From Myxococcota bacterium (lineage in GTDB: Bacteria > Myxococcota_A > Polyangia > Nannocystales > Nannocystaceae), in contig JBCCHT010000017.1 in assembly GCA_039028615.1 (NCBI GenBank), forward strand, positions 96,001-160,000: DNA of 64,000 nucleotides. The letters run 5' to 3'. Positions 8,547 to 18,303 of the stretch are shown here, piece after piece. The translations under genes and the position numbers were made by a program. How positions within the stretch are numbered: position 1 is the first letter of the stretch; each line of letters begins with the position of its first letter. Under the pieces are notes generated by a model. That model saw nothing but the letters and a program-made list of their open reading frames with translations. It was not told the DNA's origin and did not search any database.

Positions 8547-10739
8547 GTGCCGCCGATGCGATCGCGGGCGCGGGCACGGCTCGATGAGGACGTGCGAGAG
8601 CCCGGCCTCCGCCCGCTCGTCATCGTCGTCACGCGCCTCCTTCCGCTGCTCGGCGTGCTGTTGGCGACGCTGTGGCCTCACCGAGCGATGGCGGCCCCCG
8701 TGATCCCCGCCGGCCAAGAAGCGCGGATTCAGAGCCTGTTTGCGCCGTTGGGGCTGGGCGAGCGGGTCACGGACGCGTGCACGCTCCGCAACATCGCCAT
8801 CGAGCCCTCGCGCATCGTAGTGGGCGTGCAGCTCGACGACGACCGCGAAGCGCGGATGGAGCTGGACCCGCCTGCCGACCTGTTTGGGGGCGACCGAGAC
8901 CTCCCGAGCTTCGCCGTCTCCTTCGAGGGCGACGACGAGCCGCAGCTCCGACGGTGCCTGACCGCGGTCCGCGATGCCGCTGCCGACAATGACGACGGGC
9001 AATTCTGGCAGTCGATCGCCGTCGCCCCCGGGAGCAACGAGGTCCAGCGAGCGAAGCAAGGGGACACAAACGGGGACACGAAGGGTGAGGCCGTCTCGAG
9101 CCAGCCCGCCGAGCAGCGTCGGATCAGAGATTCGCTGTCGCTGCTGACCCGTCCATGGGGCGACGACGGCCTCTTTCGCTTCGGCCTCATGGTGCTCGTG
9201 CTCGCCGTCGTACTCGTCGCCACCACCCGCCGCGACGGCACGCGCCCTGCCGCCCTGCTCGCCGCCACTAGCCTCGGCGCGTGGGGTGTCCGAGCGTGGC
9301 TCTCTCCCGCAGTGGCCATGGCGCCCTGGCCCTACTCGCGGGTCATCGCTCCCGCCCAATCGACGATGGGCAGCTCGCTGCTGTCCTCGCTGTTCCCCGA
9401 CGGCATCGCGCTGACGTCGCTCGTGTTCGGCTCCGTATGGGCCTTTGCCCTGCTCGCCCCGGTCGCCGTGTACCTGCACGGGCGCTACCTGCTCGCGGAC
9501 CCCAAGCGCGCCCTCGGGGCGGCCTTCATCCTCGCCGCGCTCCCCCTGCACATTCGCTTCTCGCAGACCGACACCGCCTTCATCCCCTCGATCACCACGA
9601 CCGCGCTGGTGTTCGTGCTCATCCACATCGTGACCCGCGAAAAGCAGGACTGGGCCCGCATGTCGGCGCTCGTCCTGCTGCCGGGCGCGATGACCATGAT
9701 GTTCGAGATCCGCCCGCTGAACATCATGTACATGCCGCTGATGCTGGGCACCTGCGTGGTGCGAGGCTGGAGCGATCTGGACAAGCGCTGGGTGGTGGCG
9801 GCGGCAGGCCTGGTCAGCGTCGTGACCTTCGGCATCGGCGTCCCCACCCTGCTCGACGGCTTCGCCAACGAGGTCGACGAGGGGCTCAGCTTCGCCGTAC
9901 TCGTGCGCTCGCTCGGCGTGCTCTTCGACTGGGAGTACAACATCCTGCTCAACCCCATGTTCACCCCCACCGGGGTGCTCGCCCTCGCCGGGTTCGGGGG
10001 ATGGTCGCTGGTCCGAGGCGGCGAGCGGCGCGTGCTCGCGTTCCTGGTGCTCTGGCTGATGATGTTCCTGGTCGCGCACGCGTACATCGTGCCCGTCTCC
10101 CCCGCGATGCAGGCCCGCTACCACCTGCACCTGGTCACTCCCTTCGTCATGCTGGCGGGGTGTGGCCTCGCCGCGCTCCCGCCGGGACGGTGGCGGACGG
10201 CGATCCTCGCCTACATCGTCGTCGCTCCGCTCATCCACTCGTCGTTCATCACCGACACCGGGTACAACGACATGCGGGAGTTCCAGTTCGTGCAGCGCAC
10301 CGCCGCGCTCGTTCCCGACGACTGCACCGTGCTCGAGTACAGCGGCCAGCTCCCGAGCGACGCGCGATACCAGCGGATGACCACGACCGTCCACGAGGGT
10401 AAGCAGAAGGCCCGAGTCGTCAGCGCGCCGACCCACGACTCGGGCGTCACCGAAGGCGCGAGCGACCCGCTGGTCCCCGAGGTCCGCGCGCTGGTCGAGC
10501 GACCCCCGCAGTGCACCTATCTATACGTAGGCCTCGCCTGCGAGGGCCTCAAGGCTCCCGACGACGATCTGCACCCCGCCTGTGAGGCCATGCTGAACGG
10601 ACTGGAGTGGGAGCTCGTCGCCGAGGAACGAACCCCCTCGCGGCTGTACGATGGCCACTACCGCCCCGGCTACGCGTCGGGGCACCCCGACCACGCCCAC
10701 TTCCGCCTCCTTCGCGTCACCGGATCGAAACGACCGTGA
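8547..10739 (+). CDS. Polytopic membrane protein, GT-C/ArnT-PMT-like glycosyltransferase candidate
   Basis: Many hydrophobic segments, LPLHIRFSQT, EIRP and QARYHL motifs, soluble Cys-containing C-terminal domain. Start uncertain. Confidence 0.65.
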   Translation: MPPMRSRARARLDEDVREPGLRPLVIVVTRLLPLLGVLLATLWPHRAMAAPVIPAGQEARIQSLFAPLGLGERVTDACTLRNIAIEPSRIVVGVQLDDDREARMELDPPADLFGGDRDLPSFAVSFEGDDEPQLRRCLTAVRDAAADNDDGQFWQSIAVAPGSNEVQRAKQGDTNGDTKGEAVSSQPAEQRRIRDSLSLLTRPWGDDGLFRFGLMVLVLAVVLVATTRRDGTRPAALLAATSLGAWGVRAWLSPAVAMAPWPYSRVIAPAQSTMGSSLLSSLFPDGIALTSLVFGSVWAFALLAPVAVYLHGRYLLADPKRALGAAFILAALPLHIRFSQTDTAFIPSITTTALVFVLIHIVTREKQDWARMSALVLLPGAMTMMFEIRPLNIMYMPLMLGTCVVRGWSDLDKRWVVAAAGLVSVVTFGIGVPTLLDGFANEVDEGLSFAVLVRSLGVLFDWEYNILLNPMFTPTGVLALAGFGGWSLVRGGERRVLAFLVLWLMMFLVAHAYIVPVSPAMQARYHLHLVTPFVMLAGCGLAALPPGRWRTAILAYIVVAPLIHSSFITDTGYNDMREFQFVQRTAALVPDDCTVLEYSGQLPSDARYQRMTTTVHEGKQKARVVSAPTHDSGVTEGASDPLVPEVRALVERPPQCTYLYVGLACEGLKAPDDDLHPACEAMLNGLEWELVAEERTPSRLYDGHYRPGYASGHPDHAHFRLLRVTGSKRP

Positions 10740-13072
10740 GCCCCTCGCGACCGCCCCCACGTGAAAACCCCGGGTCAGCGCCCCTGGAGCCCGCCCCCGG
10801 CTGGCTGTCGCGGATCGCCGACGCTCCCGTGACTCGCGTGCGCGTTCGTCTCGGCCGTGGGTTGGTCTACCAGTTCCGCACCGCGGCGGGCGGGCGCTTC
10901 GCACTGAGCCTGCCGCTCACGAACGACCGCCGTGGTCTGTGGTGGGACCAGGCCAAGTTCAAGGTCGTCGGCGACGGCGAGCCCGTGCGCCCCTACCTGG
11001 CCCGCTTCGCGGCCGAGCGCCGCGATCCCGAAAGCTCGATCGAGCGCGACATCCTGCGCCATACGATCGTGATGGACTTCCTCAAGGGAGGTGTCATGCA
11101 TCGCACGAGCGCGGCGTCCGACGATCTGCGCCCGCTGATGGAGCTGTTGTCGACCCTCAGCCTGGGATCGATCGAGCCCCCAAAGCGCTGGACTGACAGC
11201 GAGGACCCTTTCGTCGTCGCGGCCCGTACCTTCATCGATCTGCTGGTCCGAGGTGATCTGCTGCCGCTGCTCGATCCGCTCCCATCAGCCGTCGTCACCG
11301 ACCGCGGAGGCGAGTGGCTGCACGTGCTGTCCGCCACGATCAACGGTGACATCGCCGGCCTCCAGCGCCTCGCCGCGATGGATCCGCTCCCGGGCAAGGG
11401 CACCCCGCTGGCCTCGTTTTGCGGCAACGTCTTCAAGCACACCGGGTTCATCGAATCGGCGCTGCGCTTGCTCGAGCAGGGGCACCAGCCCACTCCGTCC
11501 CGAAGGTGTGAGCGCTGCATCGAGCTCGCTCAGCTGTTGCTGCAGCTCGGCGACGCCACGCGAGCCCACGTTTTTCTCCGCGAGGCGACCTTGAACGCGG
11601 GGAACGACCCCGAGCAGCTCCTCCGCGCCGTGCGGGAGCTGATGCGAGTGGAGGCCATCGACGATGCCTATCACGTGCTGTCCCAGGCGGCCCCGCACAT
11701 GGACCGTGCCCCCGAGGTGCTGTTTTGCCTGGCCGAGCTCCAGCACGTGGCCGGGCACGTCGACAAAGCTCGCACCACCCTCGATCGCATCGGCCACATC
11801 GCACCCGGCCGCCACGACGTCGCCCGCGAGCGCGCTGCGCTGGCCATGACCGAGGAGAGATTCGAAGACGCGCGCACCATGCTCCAGCAAGTGCTCGTGC
11901 AGCACCCCCGAGATTGGGTCGCGAGCACCTGGCTGACCGAAGCGCACCTTCGCCTCGGCGACATCGAAGCCGCCGAGCAAGCGCTCAAGGATGCTCGTAG
12001 CGTGCACGACAGCCCCATCCACACGCTGCTCCAGGGCGCCATGCTCAGCCTGGTGGAGCTGCGGCGCCACGACGAATTCAAGGAGCTGCTCGCCGACTGG
12101 GACGAGCCGTGGTCGATCGAAGACGCCGCCCAGAGCCCGGGGCCGCACCCCGCTCGCGACTACGTCTTGTCCATCCTCCCCAGCTTCCGTGGATCTCGGG
12201 GGGAAAACCTCACCCGCGTGTCCCCGCTCGCCGACGGCCCCACCGGGGTCCGGCCGGTCGCCACCAGCAAGCGAGACTCTCGCTCCGAGAGCCGCCAAGC
12301 CTCGGCCGAAGCGGTGAAGTCGATCGTCCTGCGGCCCCCCGAGGCGGTCTTCGAGGCCTTCGAGCAGATCATCGCGCAGTATCCCGACTCTCCCCATCCG
12401 TGGTGTTACCGCGGTGAGGTGCGACTGTGGCTCGGGGACTTCGACGGGGCCATGGCCGACTTCGACGCCGCCATGCTCCGCGACAAGGCACGCTGGGCCT
12501 TCATCGGTCGCGCCGCCATTCACCTCATGGCCGGTCGTCGCGAAGAAGGCCTCGCCCAGATCGACGCCTGCCAGAAGAGCTTCGATGCCGTCCCCAGCGC
12601 CACCACCCACATCTACCTGGGAGAGGCCGACCGCAAAGAGGGCAAGCTCGACAGCGCCTTGACCGAGCTGCGGGAGTCGGTGCGCGTCAAGCCCGGGCGC
12701 ATCTCGGGGTGGATCAACCTCGCCCTCACTCACCATGCGCTCGGTCAGCCCGAGTCGGCCACCGAGATCTCGGCCCGCGTCTGCCGAGTCGCGCCCCGCC
12801 TCGTCCGGGATGCCGCGGCTGCGGCGGGCTTCGAGCTGCCCCCGGCCACCACCGCGTGGATCCCCTCCACCGAGCAGCTCGCCCCCGTGCTCGAGCGATC
12901 GTTGGAGATGATGCGAGGCAATCGCTCCTCGCACACCGTGACCTACTTCGACCGTGACGGCGTGTTTCGCCAGGCCCGCGACGCCGAGTCCTGGGTGGGG
13001 CAGCTCGCCGGTCTACGGCTGCCCGTGTGGGAGGAAGCGCGGCGACGCGCCCTCCACGGCACCCTGCTCTAG
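10736..13072 (+). CDS. Tetratricopeptide-repeat protein
   Basis: Repeated TPR helices (e.g. PHPWCYRGEVRLWLGDFDGAMADFDAA, THIYLGEA, GWINLAL). GTGA overlap with the upstream gene. Confidence 0.8.
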   Translation: MSPSRPPPRENPGSAPLEPAPGWLSRIADAPVTRVRVRLGRGLVYQFRTAAGGRFALSLPLTNDRRGLWWDQAKFKVVGDGEPVRPYLARFAAERRDPESSIERDILRHTIVMDFLKGGVMHRTSAASDDLRPLMELLSTLSLGSIEPPKRWTDSEDPFVVAARTFIDLLVRGDLLPLLDPLPSAVVTDRGGEWLHVLSATINGDIAGLQRLAAMDPLPGKGTPLASFCGNVFKHTGFIESALRLLEQGHQPTPSRRCERCIELAQLLLQLGDATRAHVFLREATLNAGNDPEQLLRAVRELMRVEAIDDAYHVLSQAAPHMDRAPEVLFCLAELQHVAGHVDKARTTLDRIGHIAPGRHDVARERAALAMTEERFEDARTMLQQVLVQHPRDWVASTWLTEAHLRLGDIEAAEQALKDARSVHDSPIHTLLQGAMLSLVELRRHDEFKELLADWDEPWSIEDAAQSPGPHPARDYVLSILPSFRGSRGENLTRVSPLADGPTGVRPVATSKRDSRSESRQASAEAVKSIVLRPPEAVFEAFEQIIAQYPDSPHPWCYRGEVRLWLGDFDGAMADFDAAMLRDKARWAFIGRAAIHLMAGRREEGLAQIDACQKSFDAVPSATTHIYLGEADRKEGKLDSALTELRESVRVKPGRISGWINLALTHHALGQPESATEISARVCRVAPRLVRDAAAAAGFELPPATTAWIPSTEQLAPVLERSLEMMRGNRSSHTVTYFDRDGVFRQARDAESWVGQLAGLRLPVWEEARRRALHGTLL

Positions 13073-13169
13073 CGTGCTGAATCTGCGAGGTTGAGCGCCA
13101 TTCGGTGGCGCGATAGATTGGTCGGCGGAGCATCGTCGTGCCCTTTGCCCAACGCCAGCAGGTCGCCGC

Positions 13170-14891
13170 GTGACTCGAGTCGGCCTCAAAGTCCTCGACG
13201 TCCCGGAGCCCAGCGCCCGCGACCTCATCGAGGCCTCGACCGTCACCGCGCAGAGCTCGGGGCATCAGTTCGAGATCCAGCTCGGGCACATGTGCAACAA
13301 CCGCTGTGTGTTCTGCGTCAGCGGGCACCTCAGCAAGCGGCGAATGGTCCGCCCGCTCGACGCTCAGCCGATCCTCGACGTCATCGAGCGAGCCCGTCGC
13401 GAAGGCGCCGTGCGCCTGGTCTTCCTCGGCGGCGAGCCCACCATTCAGCCCGCCTTCTTCCCCGCGCTGAAGCATGCGTCCAGCCTCGGCTTCGAGGAAA
13501 TCGTCATCTTCACCAACGGGGTACGGCTCGCCCAGAGGGACTTCATCGATGACTGCTTGAAGATCGGCCGCTTCACCTGGCGGATCTCCATTCAGGGCGC
13601 CAACGAAGCCGCCCACGTCGCGGTCACCAAAAAGCCCACCTCGTTCCAACGCATCATCACGGGCATCGACAAGCTGCGCGAGCGAGGCCAGCGGGTCACC
13701 GCCAACATGTGCGTGTGCGAGGAGAGCTACCGCTCCCTGCCCGACTATCCCGGCCTCGTCTCCAAGCACGGGATCAAGCAGCTCCACATCGACATCGTTC
13801 GCCCCCAGAGCAGCGGCATCAAGACCGACGAGTACCTGCGGGAGATCATGCCCAAGTATTCGGTCATGGCCCCCTACTACGACGAGATGCTGCAGGGCTT
13901 CGACGCCTGGGACCCCAACTTCGACGTCAACATCGGCAACCTGCCGTACTGCGTCCTTCCGCAGTGGGGCCACCGCATCCACCACGGCGGCGAGAACACG
14001 GTCACCCAGTCCACCAGCTCGTCGGGGCTGGAGAACGAGGCGCGCAACAAGTACGCCGTGCACAACCGGCAGCGCACCTATACGGAGCGGTGCACCGAGT
14101 GTGCCTTCGCCGATCGCTGCTCGGGCGTGTTCAAGGACTACATCCAGGTCTACGGCGACGACGAGTTCCAACCGGTCAGCCTCGAGCGACTGCGGAGCCT
14201 CGACCCCGACCAGAACAACTTCACCGTGCTCGTCGCCCCCTTCGTGGCCGAGCTCGAGAAGTCCACGCCGCCGAGCGGCTGGACCTCGTCGCGAAACTTC
14301 ACCGATGCCCGCAGCCGCTGCGTAGAGCTTCGGTTCGAGCGCAAGGGCAGCGCGGTCACTCTGTTCTTCGCCCCCGCCGCGGGCAGCGACACCCAGCGAC
14401 CAGCCACCGCCTTCACCACCGATCAGTTCCGCCTCGACCTGGGCGTCGAGGGCTGGTGCGATGATGCCGATCTCATCGCGCTGGTGAGGTGGGCCTTCGA
14501 GACGTCGACCTGCGACGACCGGGTCAATGCGCTCGGTGAGGTCGACGAAGCGCAGGTGCTCGCCGCTCGAGGTGAGCACCCGGCCTTGGGCCGCAGCCGG
14601 GCGCGGATGCATCGGCTCGTGCGTGCGCTGCAGCGGACGGCTCGGTTCGCGGCGTGGCGCTACGAGGGCTACGAGCGCAGCGCCGACGGCAACTCGGCCA
14701 CCGTCAACGTGGGCGGACCCGAGGGCATGGGCGTGTCGCTGACCATCTCCGCCACCACCAAGGCGGGGCGCAGCGCCGTGGATGCGACCTTCGCGTTGGC
14801 CGAGGGCACCGACGAGAACGCGGCTCGGCCCGCGATCCAGGCGATGGTCGCCGCCATGAAGCGGCAAGAGTCTCGGCCCGGCCGCGGCTGA
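13170..14891 (+). CDS. Radical SAM protein, HxsC-like, with C-terminal extension
   Basis: CNNRCVFC, LGGEPT, FTNG, LPYC and CTECAFADRCSG. Confidence 0.85.
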   Translation: MTRVGLKVLDVPEPSARDLIEASTVTAQSSGHQFEIQLGHMCNNRCVFCVSGHLSKRRMVRPLDAQPILDVIERARREGAVRLVFLGGEPTIQPAFFPALKHASSLGFEEIVIFTNGVRLAQRDFIDDCLKIGRFTWRISIQGANEAAHVAVTKKPTSFQRIITGIDKLRERGQRVTANMCVCEESYRSLPDYPGLVSKHGIKQLHIDIVRPQSSGIKTDEYLREIMPKYSVMAPYYDEMLQGFDAWDPNFDVNIGNLPYCVLPQWGHRIHHGGENTVTQSTSSSGLENEARNKYAVHNRQRTYTERCTECAFADRCSGVFKDYIQVYGDDEFQPVSLERLRSLDPDQNNFTVLVAPFVAELEKSTPPSGWTSSRNFTDARSRCVELRFERKGSAVTLFFAPAAGSDTQRPATAFTTDQFRLDLGVEGWCDDADLIALVRWAFETSTCDDRVNALGEVDEAQVLAARGEHPALGRSRARMHRLVRALQRTARFAAWRYEGYERSADGNSATVNVGGPEGMGVSLTISATTKAGRSAVDATFALAEGTDENAARPAIQAMVAAMKRQESRPGRG

Positions 14892-14907
14892 GCGAAGCTC
14901 GGCCGGC

Positions 14908-16407
14908 TCAGTCTCGTCGGCGCCGCGATAGCGCCAACAATCCGAGCATCAGGCCGAGGGATCCGGGGGTCCCACCGTCGCGGAACCCGACCGTGCAGCA
15001 CGACACCCACTCTCCCGAACGCGGGCTTTCCGGCCCTGGTTCGACCGCAGGCGGCAAACTGACCTCCTCGGTTGCCGCCGCGCCCTCCTCCGCCGAACGG
15101 AGCGCGGACGGCCTAACCCCGGCGGCCGCTTCATCTTCGAAGCGATGCTCCGTGCACTCCGGTGCAGCTCCGTCCGAGCGGGTCGCGTTCAGAATCTCGA
15201 TCCAGTCGGAGGTGGACAGTTCCCCCTCGTCGAGACCTGCGAGTTTGCACTCGGCACGGCTGATGAACTCCACCAGCTCGCCCTGATGCTGAAGGTTCAT
15301 CATCAGCCGACGAGCAACGCTCTCGCGAGCGGGAAAGGACTTCGGTTCGTTCTGCGACCACCCATACTGCATCTGTGAAGGAGAGGCTCGGGTCAGCGAA
15401 CGCAGAATGTCGTCGTTGGACCTCTGGACGTCGCTGAGTAGCTTCTCTCGCCAAGGGTTCTTTCCCGCTCGGAACTCGGCGTTGGTGACCTCATACAGAG
15501 CGGCAAACCCCTCTTCGAACCAACGCGGGCCCAGAGCGTCCGCCGAGGACCGAAACGCGTGCACGAGCTCGTGACGCAGGGTGCCAAACTGCCCGGGCTT
15601 GGCCCGATACGCGACCGCATGACTCCGCTCGTCGTAGTAGCCGAACATCTCGGCCTCGGTACACATGATTCCATCATTGACCAAGGCATGCTCGGCCAGG
15701 CGAGACGACGCGTCGTAGTGGTGGATCTCGATCCAAGCGTCGATAGGTGGAGGATCGAAGGCCTCGAAGTGCTCGAGGAAACGTGCGGCGTGCGTACAGA
15801 TCGCTTGCGGGTCTACGGTCGAGATAGCCACGAAGGGTGAGCACACTTCATGCTTCGCTTCAGGGGCTTGATACCGAGACAACGCGCGCTCGACCACCGT
15901 GTCCGCGGGATCCGATAGCGCGAGCCGCCGAACTCGCGGCATCTCGTCTGTGCGAACGATGCACTGTCCAAAGTAGTGCCCCCGTTCGCGGAGCTTTCCG
16001 CTGTGGTGCGAGCGAAACGCAACCTGCACGCCGTTTTCATCCTGGCTGGACCTACGCTCGGCCAAGGCGCCTTTGCAGGTCTCGCTCACCGCATCGAGCC
16101 ACTTTATCGTCGCAGCATCACCCCCGGCGAACACGGCCCGAGCTTGGCGAATCAGGCCTCCCCCATGTTCGACCTCGTTATCGCTGACCTCCCACCGCGG
16201 TGATAGGCATAGTGCCGCACCGTAGTACGCGGCGATGCCCGGGCTCAGCTCGTCGAACGTGGCTCGCCTTCCATGGACCGCCTCCACGGAGTCCCGCATC
16301 GCGATGTAGCGCTTGCCTTGGAAGTCCTTCCATACTGCATTGACGTCGACGGCCTGCGGCGCGGAGGGGCCGATGGCCGCCATCAGAGCCAAGGCGGCTA
16401 GGCTCAC
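14908..16407 (-). CDS. Secreted gluzincin-type metallopeptidase-like protein with a MYXO-CTERM sorting tail
   Basis: Signal peptide. HELVH followed by WFEEGFA. C-terminus CCTVG...GLMLGLLALSRRRRD. GTGA overlap with the upstream gene. Confidence 0.7.
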   Translation of the reverse strand: MSLAALALMAAIGPSAPQAVDVNAVWKDFQGKRYIAMRDSVEAVHGRRATFDELSPGIAAYYGAALCLSPRWEVSDNEVEHGGGLIRQARAVFAGGDAATIKWLDAVSETCKGALAERRSSQDENGVQVAFRSHHSGKLRERGHYFGQCIVRTDEMPRVRRLALSDPADTVVERALSRYQAPEAKHEVCSPFVAISTVDPQAICTHAARFLEHFEAFDPPPIDAWIEIHHYDASSRLAEHALVNDGIMCTEAEMFGYYDERSHAVAYRAKPGQFGTLRHELVHAFRSSADALGPRWFEEGFAALYEVTNAEFRAGKNPWREKLLSDVQRSNDDILRSLTRASPSQMQYGWSQNEPKSFPARESVARRLMMNLQHQGELVEFISRAECKLAGLDEGELSTSDWIEILNATRSDGAAPECTEHRFEDEAAAGVRPSALRSAEEGAAATEEVSLPPAVEPGPESPRSGEWVSCCTVGFRDGGTPGSLGLMLGLLALSRRRRD

Positions 16408-16949
16408 GGGCCCGTCTCCGCGGTCGAGGGCTGCTCGGCCCCTCCGGTCGTCGGTTCCGGTGACGCAGCGGGGGGCGCCATCAACATGCCCGGAGGCGGA
16501 GCGTCCGCGGCCAGTCCCCGAGACGACGTCCGACCAGACCTGGGCCCCTGCCACTCGGCGGGAGGCAGAGCATCGGCTGCCGCCTGCGAAGGCGATTCGG
16601 GCGAAGGCTGGCCCGTGCTGCTCCGAAACGACGCCTCCGAGCCTTCGGCCTCCTGCGTCGACTTGGCCTGCACGTCCATCCCTCCCTCGTGCCGCGTGTT
16701 GAGCGACCAACCCACGGCGGACGACCCCAGCAGCACGAACAGCAGCCCGGGGGCACTGCCTTTGAGCTTGGCCATCTTGCCGTCGAACTGAAACTCGCCC
16801 TTCACGCCCTGGAGCAGCGACGTGTGCCCCATCCACACGATGAACGCCCCGGCACAGATCCCGAGCACTCGAATCACGCCATTGGAGATGATCGAGGCGA
16901 TCTGGATGTCACGGTTCGCCGGGATCAGCTCCTCGAGTGGAATCGGCAT
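16404..16949 (-). CDS. Hypothetical membrane protein (2 TM + Pro/Ser-rich tail)
   Basis: GGAG RBS, two hydrophobic segments, SAPGLLFVLLG. Confidence 0.65.
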   Translation of the reverse strand: MPIPLEELIPANRDIQIASIISNGVIRVLGICAGAFIVWMGHTSLLQGVKGEFQFDGKMAKLKGSAPGLLFVLLGSSAVGWSLNTRHEGGMDVQAKSTQEAEGSEASFRSSTGQPSPESPSQAAADALPPAEWQGPRSGRTSSRGLAADAPPPGMLMAPPAASPEPTTGGAEQPSTAETGP

Positions 16950-17130
16950 TCTCCATCAGCGTATCAGCTCGACCCCATCACTCTGCAGAACAACTCAGGA
17001 CATGAGTTCGTCAACACAGCCCAAACTCGGCCACTTGGATGAACACCGCCTTTGCCACATCGACGATTCGGTCGTCGAGGCAGAACCCGAAGACCCGCGA
17101 TCCTCGTGTCGTTGTAATCGTATGAAATAT

Positions 17131-17649
17131 CTACGCACGCATCCGCGCGACGACCTCCGCCACGAAAGGGCCTTTGGCCTGCGTATATGCCTCGCGGTCG
17201 TACGCGAACCGTGCCGCGAGGTTCTGCTTGAGCGCGGCATAGCGCCGCCGTAGATCCGCGTCTCGCAACAGGGCACCGCGAAAGAACAGGCGCTCGCGAA
17301 AGAGCCGACTGCTCACGGGGATCAGGTGCACATGATGGGTCCGAACCTCGTCGCTCGGTTTACAAAACCAGTGCATCACGTCCGCTTTGTAGGGCCAGTA
17401 GGTGTAGCCATGCTCAGCCTCGAGCACCGCGATCGCCGGACGGCTGTCGTCGAGGCTCCGCGTGGGCACCATGATGTCGATGACCGGCTTGGCGCACAGG
17501 CCGGGCACCGCCGTGCTGCCCACATGCTCGATGGGACCCGCGAGCCAGCTCGCGAGCGAGACCTGCAGCGCATCGCGCTCGCGCGCGAATCGTCGCGGCC
17601 ACGCGGGGTCGTACTCCACCACTTCCACGCGGTGCGGTTCGTCGCTCAC
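17131..17649 (-). CDS. GrpB family protein (nucleotidyltransferase-like)
   Basis: VVEYDPAWP, IEHVGSTAVPGLCAKPVIDI, RTHHVH and YTQAK motifs. Confidence 0.9.
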   Translation of the reverse strand: MSDEPHRVEVVEYDPAWPRRFARERDALQVSLASWLAGPIEHVGSTAVPGLCAKPVIDIMVPTRSLDDSRPAIAVLEAEHGYTYWPYKADVMHWFCKPSDEVRTHHVHLIPVSSRLFRERLFFRGALLRDADLRRRYAALKQNLAARFAYDREAYTQAKGPFVAEVVARMRA

Positions 17650-17746
17650 CGCCCGATGCTACCAAGCGGACCCAACCGTCGTTCTGCGGCGATCTGAACG
17701 AAGATGCGGTTTTTTAAGTCGCCGACCTCGCGAAGAGGAGGCCACA

Positions 17747-18286
17747 ATGATCGGCATGAACTATTGGAAGCTTGGATTGATTGGACTGGGAGTGTGGCTG
17801 ACCGCCTGTGGAGACGACGGCAACGCGGGGGACTCGACGACCAGTACGACCTCGGCCGAGACCACCATCGCTGCGACGCCCGCCTCGACGAGCTCGGGCG
17901 CAACGTCGACCACGGGCACGACCGCCCCCGTGGATGGCTCGGGCACCACGACCGGTTCGACGGGCACCACGGGCGACTCCAATGCCGTGGAGACCTGGGG
18001 AGACACCGATGTGGAATCCTGCTCTGGGTTCCCCGAGAGTTCCTGTCAGACCCACCCGCTGTGTTACCCGCTTCGAGGGCGAACGATCGTCGAGACCGAG
18101 GAAGGCGCCTGCTTGGGCCCGGAGGAGTACATCGACTGCTGGCCCAACAACATCCCGTGCGACACCGCGATCACCTATGTGTGTGACCGGATCGATACCC
18201 CGGTGGTGCAGCTGCCATCGGCCTGCATTCCCTGGGAGTGGATGGAGTGCAAGCCGCCCGCCCGGGACCTCGAGCCCTGCCCTTGA
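17747..18286 (+). CDS. Lipoprotein with a Thr/Ser linker and Cys-rich C-terminal domain
   Basis: GAGGAGG RBS, LTACGDD lipobox, ten Cys in the last ~80 aa. Confidence 0.8.
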   Translation: MIGMNYWKLGLIGLGVWLTACGDDGNAGDSTTSTTSAETTIAATPASTSSGATSTTGTTAPVDGSGTTTGSTGTTGDSNAVETWGDTDVESCSGFPESSCQTHPLCYPLRGRTIVETEEGACLGPEEYIDCWPNNIPCDTAITYVCDRIDTPVVQLPSACIPWEWMECKPPARDLEPCP

Positions 18287-18303
18287 GCTATGGTGGCTCC
18301 GCC

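Noticed and set aside
2353..14867. Long minus-strand ORFs over the radical-SAM cluster
   Set aside because: Antisense shadows of strongly GC3-biased genes.
2..14891. Calling the cluster a His-Xaa-Ser RiPP system
   Set aside because: The rSAMs are HxsC-like in motif, but no His-Xaa-Ser repeat precursor or HxsB/HxsD is visible in the window.
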